Positions 1-9,963 of a DNA stretch of 64,000 nt are shown here, one piece after another. The stretch lies in contig JBHJHA010000011.1 of NCBI GenBank assembly GCA_050331235.1, forward strand, positions 1-64,000, given 5' to 3'. The position numbers and the translations under genes were made by a program. This stretch comes from Leptolyngbyaceae cyanobacterium (GTDB lineage: Bacteria; Cyanobacteriota; Cyanobacteriia; Phormidesmidales; Phormidesmidaceae). Positions within the stretch are counted from its first letter, which is position 1; every line of letters starts with the position of its first letter. Below the pieces are notes generated by a model. That model worked only from the letters and a program-made list of their open reading frames with translations. It was not told the origin of the DNA and searched no databases.

Positions 1-325
1 TAGCTCTGTATTGTGCCTCTATATCCAACTCAAGCACACTTATTTTCTCAGAGATTAAACTAGCAAAGAATTCAGCATTGCAGTACGTAACAATCTGAAC
101 TTCAAATTGCCTGCTAGCTAAGCCTAAAGCCATCAAAGAAATAAAGCGAGTTATCCCTCCGCTTTCCGGCTTTCCTAAAAATAGAACAACACGTAAACTA
201 GCAGACATGCTATACCTCATTTACGAAAGCTGAACTCATCTGAAAGAGCAATCAGTGGATTTCGTCTCTCAGACGATTAAAATCCAACCTAAGAATATGG
301 AAACTTCCTTACAATTGTCCAGACC

Positions 326-356
326 AAGAAAAGGTGCGACACTAGTGCCGCACCTT
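326..356 (-). terminator. Intrinsic terminator of the PEP-CTERM gene
   Basis: On the minus strand the stem AAGGTGCGGCAC/GTGTCGCACCTT is followed by TTCTT, about 35 nt after the stop at 391. Confidence 0.75.
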
Positions 357-390
357 CAGATACTCTAATTTGTCACAAAAGTCTAATAGC

Positions 391-1158
391 TTACGCTTTA
401 GCTTTCTTGGAACCACGCAGACCAGTAAATGCTCCTACCGCAACCGCTCCAAGCCCTAACAGAGTTGCAGGCTCAGGAACAGTTGTAATACCACCTAAGC
501 TGTAATCACTGAATTTGCCTGAGTGTGCATCAGAAGTCTCCATGTCAACGAGTAAATCGACACTAGAAACTTCCACACCGTCAAAGGGATTAAGGATGCT
601 GAACCAGCCACCACCTGGATTAGTAGCAGGGCTCTTGGCGTCAACAGTTTGACTAACGCTTTCAGTACCGTTCGTCCAGGACCATTCAGCCGTCGTTGCA
701 CCAGTTACGAGTAAAGTACCGATACCACCACCAGCTTTCACAGTAGCTTTCTCATTTGCATTATCCGAAAATTCACCTGCCTGATAAAGGAAGACAAGGT
801 CCAAACTTCTGACGATGGTTTCCTCAAAGCCAATACCTAGAGTTTCGTAATAGTCGATTTCCGCAATGACACCGTTGCCTCCACTATCCTCACTACCATT
901 CTCGCGGCTGATACCAAGTCCAGAGACACCGCTTTCAGTCTTAGTTTGCAAGAATGGAGTACCTAAAGGAGCATCAGGATTATTGTCGGCAGTGAAAGTA
1001 AAGCCATTCTCAGTGCAGCTAGTTGCACGATCAGTACAGGTTCCAAAGTTGGAACCACCAGTGAAGTTGATAGACGCGGCGTTAGCCGGGGCGGCAACTA
1101 GTGCAACAGTGGCACCCGCTGCCAAACCTGCTAGTGCTGCAAAGTTTTTGATAGTCAT
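391..1158 (-). CDS. PEP-CTERM sorting domain protein (secreted)
   Basis: N-terminal signal peptide (...APANA|AS). C-terminal VPEP, hydrophobic helix and basic tail (VPEPATLLGLGAVAVGAFTGLRGSKKAKA). SD AAGGAG upstream. Confidence 0.92.
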   Translation of the reverse strand: MTIKNFAALAGLAAGATVALVAAPANAASINFTGGSNFGTCTDRATSCTENGFTFTADNNPDAPLGTPFLQTKTESGVSGLGISRENGSEDSGGNGVIAEIDYYETLGIGFEETIVRSLDLVFLYQAGEFSDNANEKATVKAGGGIGTLLVTGATTAEWSWTNGTESVSQTVDAKSPATNPGGGWFSILNPFDGVEVSSVDLLVDMETSDAHSGKFSDYSLGGITTVPEPATLLGLGAVAVGAFTGLRGSKKAKA

Positions 1159-1647
1159 GCTGAAAAATTCTCCTTGAGTATGCCAGTAATTTGCAATAGC
1201 AAAAAAATCTTGTCAGGTCCAATCGGGGAACTGCAGCGGTGTGCGCTGCGGGGTAATTACTGCACCTGACCTTATGTAATTACATCTACCGGGATGATGC
1301 ATTCTTTTACGGAGGGTTTTACTGGAACTTTATGTATGGATGGGCAAATATAATACGTTCATATAGCGACATATACGTAAGGTCGAGATAAAGCGAGCCT
1401 AACACAGGGCATTCTGGCCTCGACTCCGGTAACATCACGCAGGCATCCCTAAGTGTCAGTTTTACGTAAAACCTAGGAATACCAGTGGCCTTGCCCGCAC
1501 GCCAAATAAATTGATCACAAACAACCGCACGATCTCGATTGATGGTTGAGATTGATCGCTTGCCCTGCAACCTGACTTTGACTACAGGGCAAACTACCAA
1601 CAGACTCAAAACATTCAGCGTATAGAAGTGCGCCCTAGAGCAAGCTT

Positions 1648-2763
1648 TTATACTGTTGCCACTGATAAGGCGAGGAGATTACTGAGCGAAGTATTAAGAA
1701 GATCCGCTAGATTGATTGCCCCCTCAATATCCAGGGGAGTGTCTTCGACCGTGATCACTCCACTGATTGACTCATCAGCTAAGGTCAGGGCCCCATCCGT
1801 TTGGGATAGAGTAGCGATCGCCTGATCAGCTAGTGACAGCACATCAACCGTTGCCGCAAAATCATCGGTGGGCGACGTGGCGAAGACATCGAGCTGTCCA
1901 GACAAGAGGGCCGCATCTACCGTCAGACCGGTGAGCGTGTCAATTACCCAGTCATCCACTAGTTCCGCGACGTCAAAGCTAGTAGCAATCGGACCAAAGT
2001 CGGAATCAAGCGTCAGGGTTGCAATACCTTCGTCTAACCCTAATTCACCGGATAACGATTCCAGGGGAACGGCAATATCCATGCCAAAGACCGGCACTTC
2101 AATATTGCCTGTAAACAGATTGACGGTGGCATCAATCGACGCCCCAAAGAGGGGGATGGCAAACTCGTATTGAGCTTCTGGACTGAACGGCACGCTGAAG
2201 TCAATCTCTCCGGCCGGCGTCACGAGGTCGAGATCGAGGCTGCCACCAGCAACGTCGATAGAGCCGGTAACGTCACCTAAAGCAGTGTCGATATCAATCA
2301 GGAAGGCCCCATCCACAATGGGAATTGACGTATCGATGGCGGTGATTAGAAACCCGAGCCCTTCCGCTGCAAACGTGGCGAGGTCAAACTGATTGACTTC
2401 ATAGATTTCGGTATCGAGCGTGAGCGTTGCATCAACAATGCCGTCGGCTAAGGTCAATGCACCCGTGGCAGTTTCGAGCAGCGTACCAGCTTCGCTCAAT
2501 AGCGCTGGTCCGTCCAAGCTGAAACTGAGACTCTCATCATCCGAGATCGCGAGGGTACCCTCGATGACACCGGCCTCGATGGTGAGCTCACCGGTGGCTG
2601 TCTCTAGGGGAGCGACCACTTCGTCGAGTAAAAAGGTGGCGGCCACAGGGCTAATATCTGTGACTAAATCTAATAGAGATGTATTGTCAAAAAACTCGAA
2701 ATTGGGGTCAACGCCAAAGGTGGCATCAGATTCCCACAGGGGGCTGAACAAGGTTGATAGCAT
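1648..2763 (-). CDS. Hypothetical, extremely acidic protein with ~43-aa internal repeats
   Basis: 371-aa ORF with ATG and an AAGGG SD-like site. Repeated L-x-T-A-T-G-x-L-T-L-x-x-G units. No K, R, H or C residues. Confidence 0.85.
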   Translation of the reverse strand: MLSTLFSPLWESDATFGVDPNFEFFDNTSLLDLVTDISPVAATFLLDEVVAPLETATGELTIEAGVIEGTLAISDDESLSFSLDGPALLSEAGTLLETATGALTLADGIVDATLTLDTEIYEVNQFDLATFAAEGLGFLITAIDTSIPIVDGAFLIDIDTALGDVTGSIDVAGGSLDLDLVTPAGEIDFSVPFSPEAQYEFAIPLFGASIDATVNLFTGNIEVPVFGMDIAVPLESLSGELGLDEGIATLTLDSDFGPIATSFDVAELVDDWVIDTLTGLTVDAALLSGQLDVFATSPTDDFAATVDVLSLADQAIATLSQTDGALTLADESISGVITVEDTPLDIEGAINLADLLNTSLSNLLALSVATV

Positions 2764-2886
2764 AACCCTTATTTAATGAAGGACATCCGCTCAGGCGTGT
2801 GCTCATCCAGGAGCTTAGCGAATTTTTGCCAGAGTGTGATCTCCCCAGTGGCAGGCAGAGAAATCGGTGGGCAATTCACCTGTTGC

Positions 2887-3780
2887 TCAGCGATCGCCGG
2901 GTACCCTTGCTGAGTCGGCAGGGGGCTCAGGGTCAGGTAGGGCGATCGCGATTTGGTAAATCTCTCTTTTGGAAGAGTCTGTCACCTGCGCTAGCTGTCG
3001 GCTGGCATCGGAGCGAGATAAGCCAGTGGCCAAGAGGTCAGTCAGTCGTGCCCGGATTTCCGCTGCGGACAGGGGCGGGGCAGCGCTTGGGGGCTGGCCC
3101 GCAATGACCAAGGTAAATTCTCCCTTGGGTGAGTTCTCGCTGAAATGGGCGATCGCCTCAGCTAGGGTGCCCCGCCACACTTCCTCAAACTGTTTGGTCA
3201 GTTCCCGAGTCACCGCCAGACGACGGGTCGCCTCAAAGTTAGCCTGCAAATCTTTGAGGGTCGTGAGCAATCGATGGGGCGCTTCATAGAGCACCAGGGT
3301 ACGAGGCTCTTGACTAAGCCGAGCAATCTGTTCGCGGCGATCGCGCCCCTTAGTCGGCAAAAAACCTTCGAACACAAATGGCTGAGGGGGCAACCCCGAT
3401 ACACACAGCGCGGTGATGGCCGCCGTCACTCCAGGAATCGCTACCACAAGAATGTCTGCATCCGCACAGGCTTCAACTAACTCAAATCCCGGATCAGAGA
3501 TACCTGGCATCCCTGCATCACTGACCAGCGCTAGGTCTTGGCCGCGATTTAAATGGAGCAGCAAGTCCGGCAATCGCTTGCGCCAGTTATGGGCGTGATA
3601 GCTCGTTTGGGGCGTATCAATTTGAAAGTGATGCAGCAGCTTGCCCGTGTGACGGGTGTCTTCAGCGGCGATGAGCGCAACCTGCTTAAGAGTGTCAATC
3701 GCGCGGAAAGTCATATCACCGAGGTTGCCAATGGGCGTCCCCACAATATATAAGGTGCCATTACCATGAATGTCGGTCAC
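2887..3780 (-). CDS. rsmI: 16S rRNA (cytidine(1402)-2'-O)-methyltransferase
   Basis: Motifs LYIVGTPIGNLGD, AAEDTR, VSDAGMPGISDPG, FEGFLP, YEAPHR, RELTK and KGEF. Confidence 0.95.
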   Translation of the reverse strand: MTDIHGNGTLYIVGTPIGNLGDMTFRAIDTLKQVALIAAEDTRHTGKLLHHFQIDTPQTSYHAHNWRKRLPDLLLHLNRGQDLALVSDAGMPGISDPGFELVEACADADILVVAIPGVTAAITALCVSGLPPQPFVFEGFLPTKGRDRREQIARLSQEPRTLVLYEAPHRLLTTLKDLQANFEATRRLAVTRELTKQFEEVWRGTLAEAIAHFSENSPKGEFTLVIAGQPPSAAPPLSAAEIRARLTDLLATGLSRSDASRQLAQVTDSSKREIYQIAIALPDPEPPADSARVPGDR

Positions 3781-3846
3781 AGCAGAATTACTCCGGTGGC
3801 TGTGCTTCAGAATAACGCCTGTTGCTTAACCCAAGAGAGAACCGAG

Positions 3847-4719
3847 ATGAAAACCGGGATCTTTGCTGGACTGATCACCCTGGACTGCATTTATCAAACC
3901 CAGCGCCCCCTCCAGCCCAACGAAAAGCAAGTTGCGGATGCGGTATTGCTGGCCGCGGGTGGACCAGCGACCAATGCCGCGATCGCCTTCAGCGCACTGG
4001 GGGGGCAGGCACGGTTAATCGGGGCGCTGGGGCAACACCCCCTCGCCGCCGTCATCCGAGAAGATCTAGCCCAGCACCAGGTAGAACTGGTCGATCTCAC
4101 GCCAGATGGAACGACACCGCCCCCCTTTTCATCGATTGTAGTGAATGGGCCAACGGGCGATCGCGCGGTAATTTCTCGCAATGTGGCAGACCGCCCAATG
4201 CCTCAATCGTTACCACCAGGAGAGGGCATGGGGTCAGCCGACTGCCTGCTGATCGATGGACACCAGATGGCCATCGGACAGCAACTGGCCCAACAAGCCC
4301 AACATCGACAGATCCCCGTTGTTGTAGATGGCGGCAGTTGGAAACCCGGCTTTGAGTCAGTACTGTCTTTGGCAGACATAGTCATCGCTTCGGCCAATTT
4401 TCGGCCACCGGGGTCCGGTCCGGAAGCGGCGGCGATCGCCTATCTTCGCTCGCTCCACGTGCCCGCGATCGCCGTGACCCGAGGCGGGCAGCCGATTCTT
4501 TATCACACCCCGACGGCCCATGGGGAGTTGCCTGTTCCCACGATTCACCCCGTTGACACGCTGGGAGCTGGGGATATTTTTCATGGCGCTTTTTGTGCCG
4601 CCTTTGCCCAAACCCAGGATTTTCTCCCGGCGATGCGGCAGGCGGCTCAGGTAGCGGCCTTAGCTTGTCGATTTTTTGGGACTCGCCAGTGGCTAAAGCA
4701 CCTGCCGTCTAAAAAATAA
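3847..4719 (+). CDS. PfkB-family carbohydrate kinase
   Basis: PfkB signatures GGPATNAA and DTLGAGDIFHG. Start placed at ATG 3847 (MKTGIFAG) to avoid overlapping rsmI. Confidence 0.9.
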   Translation: MKTGIFAGLITLDCIYQTQRPLQPNEKQVADAVLLAAGGPATNAAIAFSALGGQARLIGALGQHPLAAVIREDLAQHQVELVDLTPDGTTPPPFSSIVVNGPTGDRAVISRNVADRPMPQSLPPGEGMGSADCLLIDGHQMAIGQQLAQQAQHRQIPVVVDGGSWKPGFESVLSLADIVIASANFRPPGSGPEAAAIAYLRSLHVPAIAVTRGGQPILYHTPTAHGELPVPTIHPVDTLGAGDIFHGAFCAAFAQTQDFLPAMRQAAQVAALACRFFGTRQWLKHLPSKK

Positions 4720-4796
4720 TCTCCCTCTGACAGTCTGTAGAAACTCGCAGGGTAGACTAAGGCTGGATTTTTGGACGTAGTTAGTTGAGAGCACCC

Positions 4797-5765
4797 ATGG
4801 CATACGAAAAGGAACTCGCGATCGCAAAAGAGGCCGTCATCGCCGCTGCCAAACTTTGTGAAGCCGTGCGTCGCGACATGGTACCAGAGGCCATGGAAAA
4901 GTCAGACAAAAGCCCTGTCACCGTTGCTGACTACGGCTCCCAGGCCATCATTTGTAAAGCGCTACAGGCCGCTTTTCCCAATGACCCTGTCGTTGGGGAA
5001 GAAGACGCCGCCGAGCTCAAAACCCCAGAAATGAGCGATCGCTTACAGCAGGTAACCCGGTTTGTTTCTGATGTCCTTGGTACGGTCGAGGCTGAGGCTG
5101 TTACCCAGTGGATCGATCACGGCAACGGAGCCACCGCCCGCCGGTTTTGGACGTTGGATCCTATCGATGGCACTAAGGGCTTTTTACGGGGCGACCAATA
5201 CGCGATCGCGCTGGCCCTGATCGAAGATGGCGATCTTAAGGTCGGCCTCTTGGGATGTCCGGCTTTAGCCTTTGGTGATGCAGCTCCCGGATTACTGTTC
5301 ACCGCCATCCGAGGCGAGGGCACCTACATGCAATCCCTCAGCGGTCGCGAAACTCAGCAGGTGAAGGTCGTCCAGCCCGGCGATGCCGAGCGTCTCCGAT
5401 TTGTAGAAAGCGTTGAAGCCAGCCACGGCAACCAGGCAGAGCAAGAAGCTGTAGCTAAGGCCGCGGGCATCACCGCTGACTCCGTGCGGATGGACAGCCA
5501 AGCCAAGTATGGGGCTGTGGCCGCCGGAGAGGCGGCACTATACCTCCGTTTGCCGTCTCCCAAATATCCTGACTATCGCGAAAAAATTTGGGATCACGCC
5601 GCTGGCGCGATCGTCGTCGAAGAAGCCGGCGGTCGGGTCACAGACATGTACGGCAAGCCCTTGGACTTTTACACTGCGGCCAAAATGATGCACAACCGCG
5701 GCGTGGTTGTCAGCAATGGCGCTCTGCATGAATCAGTCCTAGAGGCCTTGGGTCAAAAGGGCTAA
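4797..5765 (+). CDS. 3'(2'),5'-bisphosphate nucleotidase (HAL2/CysQ, inositol monophosphatase superfamily)
   Basis: Motifs KSDKSPVTVADY, GEED, WTLDPIDGTKGF, SQAKYG and EKIWDHAAG. Confidence 0.92.
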   Translation: MAYEKELAIAKEAVIAAAKLCEAVRRDMVPEAMEKSDKSPVTVADYGSQAIICKALQAAFPNDPVVGEEDAAELKTPEMSDRLQQVTRFVSDVLGTVEAEAVTQWIDHGNGATARRFWTLDPIDGTKGFLRGDQYAIALALIEDGDLKVGLLGCPALAFGDAAPGLLFTAIRGEGTYMQSLSGRETQQVKVVQPGDAERLRFVESVEASHGNQAEQEAVAKAAGITADSVRMDSQAKYGAVAAGEAALYLRLPSPKYPDYREKIWDHAAGAIVVEEAGGRVTDMYGKPLDFYTAAKMMHNRGVVVSNGALHESVLEALGQKG

Positions 5766-5814
5766 CGCTGATTACTCAATTGTCTGCGGGGTATTCGTCA
5801 GCTGTATCGCGTTG

Positions 5815-6675
5815 CTAACTCAAAACGTCGAGTCCCTTGCGGGCATACTCTACCCTCAACTTGAGTCCCAGCGTAACTTGCTTCATCACCCAGTAAAAGA
5901 TGGTCAAAATCATAAACGTCACGACAATCACCGCCAGCGGACGTTTGGATGTCAGCGTATTGAGAGTGATGGCGAGAATGCTAGTAGGATCGATCAGGAG
6001 ATCCCAGCTATTTAATCGCGCAAATCGACCGAGGTAGATTCCCAGAGCACACAAGGCGTGGAGCCCCAATTCACTGGGCAAAATCCACTGAGAGAGGTGT
6101 TTGTGCTTCAAAAAGTAATTGAGATTGATCAGCGACGTGACATAGGCCTCAAACCCGATCAGCATGGCCAACATATGCAGCGGGATGAAAACTAGCGCCA
6201 CGACCCAAACGCGAATTTCACCATAGCTAGTTCCACGGATGAGGTGAATCACATCCGTCAACACATAGGGGGCGTTAGGCAAAAAAGCGATAAAAATAGC
6301 CAATCCTAAGAGCCATCGCCCACTTTTTGACAGGGTGGTCTGTCGAGAAAACCAAACGCTGGTGACCAATACAACCGCTACCACCAGCCCTAACCATGCT
6401 AACTGCACCATGACTTTAGCGCCCCCCATTTGCAAAACATTCCAACTCCCCGAGAGGGAGCTCTTGATGCGGTGCAGTCGAGCACTGATGCCGATGAATC
6501 CGATGGCCCCTGTCAATAGCCACGCCAACTGAAACTGACGTGGCGAAATCACGGTCGAGCGAAAAAGCCGAAAGCTCAACAGCATGGGAATGAAGGCGAG
6601 GAATAAGTTCCACGCGATCCACCCGCTATAGACATTATTGAGCCCGTTATAGATGTCCAAAAGCAGCGATCGCAT
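5815..6675 (-). CDS. DUF1361-like integral membrane protein
   Basis: Motifs WNLFLAFIP, FLPNAPYVLTD and GIYLGRFxRLNSWD; multiple TM segments. Confidence 0.8.
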   Translation of the reverse strand: MRSLLLDIYNGLNNVYSGWIAWNLFLAFIPMLLSFRLFRSTVISPRQFQLAWLLTGAIGFIGISARLHRIKSSLSGSWNVLQMGGAKVMVQLAWLGLVVAVVLVTSVWFSRQTTLSKSGRWLLGLAIFIAFLPNAPYVLTDVIHLIRGTSYGEIRVWVVALVFIPLHMLAMLIGFEAYVTSLINLNYFLKHKHLSQWILPSELGLHALCALGIYLGRFARLNSWDLLIDPTSILAITLNTLTSKRPLAVIVVTFMILTIFYWVMKQVTLGLKLRVEYARKGLDVLS

Positions 6676-6908
6676 AGCAGTGGCCGTTCGTTGTCATTCA
6701 GCTGTTATCTACTCTAGACAGTCACCCTGTAGGATGGGCAAAACTCTGGGTGATTTCTGACGAAAACAGACCTCCAGCGCTCCCGGCCTCTTCAATCGCG
6801 AGCACACTAGCCCTAAACGAGTTTTCCCCTATTGCGATAGACGCAAAACTATCGCCGTTTTGCTAAAACACCCCTTATGCTCAAAACGGAAACGTAATCT
6901 TAAGCAAT

Positions 6909-8126
6909 ATGGGCAAAAAACGTAAATCCGGCAAGGGCAGATCATCCAATGAGGACGTCACCACTATGCAAGTCAAGTTGCCATTTCTAGAAGACGAGGG
7001 CGACGACGAAGAAATTGACCTGTTGGATTACAACTACGCTTCGCCTGGTAGCCTCCCGGGCACGCTCAATATTCCCGACGATGCCGAACCAACGGAACTG
7101 GTCTTGATCAGCTTTGATTCAAAGGATGCAGTGCAGAAGAAGCTCAACACGCCAGAAGAGTGCCTCCCGTACCTCAAGCAAAATATGGTGTGCAGGCTCG
7201 ATGTCCGGGGGCTCGGCACCGAAGCAACTTTGCGAAAAATCGGCGGCATCTTAAATCTGCATCCGCTATTGCTCGAAGACGTTGTGAATGTGCCCCATCG
7301 GCCCAAATTGGAGTTTTATGAAGACCATCTGCTCATGATTGTGCATATGGTGCGTCCGTCTAAACGGGGGCATGGGTTCATCGCTGAGCAGGTGGGCTTT
7401 ATTCTCCGGCATCACGTATTGCTGACGATGCAAGAGGAAAGTCTGTGGGACTGTTTTGATCCGGTGCGCGATCGCCTTCAGCGCAACCTGGGACTTTTGC
7501 GGCAGCGGGGCTCTGGGTATCTGGCGTACACGCTGTTGGATACGCTGGTAGATGGCTATTTTCCCGTTTTAGAGCAGTACGGCGAATATATTGAAGAACT
7601 CGAAAACGAAGTCGTGATGCGGCCTAGTCGCAAAACCCTGCAAAAGATCCATGAGCTACGGCGTCAACTCTTGATGCTGCGGCGGTATATTTGGCCCCAG
7701 CGCACCGTGATTAATAGCCTGATTCGCGATGGGAGCGATTATCTCACCCAGGAAAATCGGATTTATCTGCAAGATGTATACGACCACATCATCCAGATTT
7801 TGGACATTTTAGAAACATATCGAGAGGTATCCTCCAGTTTGATGGATGTGTATCTCTCCTCGGTCAGCAATCGCATGAACGATGTGATGAAGCTATTGAC
7901 AGTCATTTCGACTATTTTCATTCCCCTGACTTTCATTGCCGGGGTCTACGGTATGAACTTTGACCATGATGCCTCTCCCTTCAACATGCCAGAGCTGGAT
8001 TGGTATTGGGGTTACCCCCTTTGTCTAGGCGTTATGGGAGGCATCGCGATCGTCCTTATCGTCTTTTTCTGGAAGCAAGGATGGTTTGAAAACTTTTCTG
8101 CACCGCCCCCCGAAAACGACGCGTAA
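6909..8126 (+). CDS. corA: Magnesium/cobalt transporter CorA
   Basis: Motifs LHPLLLEDV, YGMNF signature and MPELDWYWGYP; two C-terminal TM helices. Confidence 0.95.
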   Translation: MGKKRKSGKGRSSNEDVTTMQVKLPFLEDEGDDEEIDLLDYNYASPGSLPGTLNIPDDAEPTELVLISFDSKDAVQKKLNTPEECLPYLKQNMVCRLDVRGLGTEATLRKIGGILNLHPLLLEDVVNVPHRPKLEFYEDHLLMIVHMVRPSKRGHGFIAEQVGFILRHHVLLTMQEESLWDCFDPVRDRLQRNLGLLRQRGSGYLAYTLLDTLVDGYFPVLEQYGEYIEELENEVVMRPSRKTLQKIHELRRQLLMLRRYIWPQRTVINSLIRDGSDYLTQENRIYLQDVYDHIIQILDILETYREVSSSLMDVYLSSVSNRMNDVMKLLTVISTIFIPLTFIAGVYGMNFDHDASPFNMPELDWYWGYPLCLGVMGGIAIVLIVFFWKQGWFENFSAPPPENDA

Positions 8127-8285
8127 GCTGCAAAGTCATTGCGCTAATCAGGATATCTTTTTCCCAATCGCTTCAGTTCGCGACAGGACCAACAGAAACC
8201 CCAGCAAATAACGTCTACAGCCAGCCGCAGTGGTAGGATGTCGATGCTTTGAGCCACTTAACTGTCGATCTACTGCAATGGTGTT

Positions 8286-8798
8286 ATGGATCTAAAGTCG
8301 CTGATTCGCGAAATTCCTGACTTTCCAGAACCGGGCATTTCTTACAAAGACATTACGACGCTATTGAGACATCCGACTGGGTTAAAACATGCCATCGATT
8401 TGTTGGAACGTCAGTGCGGCCAGCTCCAGCCTGACTATGTTGTGGGCATTGAGTCCCGAGGATTTATCTTTGGCATGCCCGTCGCTGATCGGTTGAATGT
8501 GGGATTTGTGCCGGTGCGTAAACCTGGCAAGCTACCAGCGGCCACCTATAACATCAACTACGACCTAGAATATGGCTCCGACTGTTTAGAACTGCACCAA
8601 GACGCGTTCACCCCTGGGAGTCGTGTAGTGATAGTTGATGACTTGATTGCTACAGGCGGCACCGCGATCGCCACGGCCGAACTCATAGCTAAAGCTGACT
8701 GCGAGCTGGTGGGATTTGGCTTTTTGATTGAACTTTCGGGCCTAGGGGGTCGTACAAAGTTGCCCAACGTGCCCATTATTAGCCTAGTGCAGTATTAA
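8286..8798 (+). CDS. apt: Adenine phosphoribosyltransferase
   Basis: Motifs IPDFPx[18 protein letters not shown] and the PRPP-binding [10 protein letters not shown]. Confidence 0.96.
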   Translation: MDLKSLIREIPDFPEPGISYKDITTLLRHPTGLKHAIDLLERQCGQLQPDYVVGIESRGFIFGMPVADRLNVGFVPVRKPGKLPAATYNINYDLEYGSDCLELHQDAFTPGSRVVIVDDLIATGGTAIATAELIAKADCELVGFGFLIELSGLGGRTKLPNVPIISLVQY

Positions 8799-8829
8799 CA
8801 TAAAGGGCATTATCGGTACTTTTGGCTTT

Positions 8830-9891
8830 ATGACCTCGTCAGATCCTTCTCGTCCTCAGCGATCGCCGGTTGAAGTGTGGTATCTCGCTCAAAACTTTCT
8901 CACGAGCGAGACTAGTCTTTATATCCTGAAGCGAATTTTGCAGGCGCTACTGACGCTATTCCTCGCCTCCATTTTTAGCTTCTTTGTCATCCAGCTATCG
9001 CCGGGTGACTTTTTAGATCTCTATCGCCAAAATCCACAAATCTCTGCCGAAACGATTCAGCAGCTAGAGCAGCAGTTTGGGCTGGATCGGCCTGTTTGGG
9101 AGCAATATTTTCGGTGGCTCTGGCAGGTCGTCTCCAAATTCAACTTTGGCACCAGCTTTGCCTATCAGCGACCGGTGGCAGCCGTTCTGTGGGAGCGGAT
9201 TCCGAATACACTGCTATTGTCGATATCGTCGATTGTGCTGACGTGGGCGATCGCAATTCCGTTGGGAATTGTAGGGGCAGTCAAGCAAAACAAGTTCATT
9301 GACCAGTTTTTGCGGGTCACAAGCTACCTGGGGCAGGGATTACCCACCATCATCACGGGCCTACTGCTGCTGTTTTTTGCCCAAATCACCGCGCCGCTAT
9401 TTCCCATCGGTGGCATTACGAGTATCAACCACGCCGATCTCACGTGGTATGGCAAGATTCTGGATGTCGCTTGGCACTTAGTCTTGCCGACCCTCGCCCT
9501 GAGCATTACCAGCTACGCCGGGCTCCAGCGCATCATGCGTGGCCAACTGCTCGATGTGCTCCGCCAAGACTATATCCGCACAGCGCGCGCTAAGGGGCTA
9601 CCCGAAGACCGCGTTATTTACGTTCATGCCTTGCGCAATGCCATCAACCCTATGATTACGCTGCTGGGGTTCGAGTTCGCCAATATCTTGGCTGGTGCTT
9701 TCATCACCGAAAATTATTTCAACTGGCCAGGGTTGGGGCGGCTGATTTTACAAGCGGTGCAGGCCCAAGACCTGTATCTCGTCATGGCGAGCTTGATGAT
9801 GGGGGCCGTTATTCTCATTATCGGCAACTTGCTCGCCGATATTGCCTTGACTTTTGTCGATCCGCGGATCCGGCTGTCGGAAATGAACTAA
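8830..9891 (+). CDS. Peptide/nickel ABC transporter permease (DppB/OppB family)
   Basis: Motifs PGD, FGLDRPxWEQY, EAA loop (QDYIRTARAKGL...HALRNA), FNWPGLG and DPRIR. Confidence 0.92.
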   Translation: MTSSDPSRPQRSPVEVWYLAQNFLTSETSLYILKRILQALLTLFLASIFSFFVIQLSPGDFLDLYRQNPQISAETIQQLEQQFGLDRPVWEQYFRWLWQVVSKFNFGTSFAYQRPVAAVLWERIPNTLLLSISSIVLTWAIAIPLGIVGAVKQNKFIDQFLRVTSYLGQGLPTIITGLLLLFFAQITAPLFPIGGITSINHADLTWYGKILDVAWHLVLPTLALSITSYAGLQRIMRGQLLDVLRQDYIRTARAKGLPEDRVIYVHALRNAINPMITLLGFEFANILAGAFITENYFNWPGLGRLILQAVQAQDLYLVMASLMMGAVILIIGNLLADIALTFVDPRIRLSEMN

Positions 9892-9963
9892 GTCTGAGCT
9901 ACCCCGTGAACCGCCTCCGGCGCTCCTCGTCGGTGGGATTAGAATCGCCCGAGACAGGCTCCA

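Noticed and set aside
1223..1255. CGGGGAA...GGTG...GCTG resembling a cobalamin riboswitch core
   Set aside because: It lacks the AAxCC and CCCGCAxCTG elements and is on the wrong strand for the adjacent gene.
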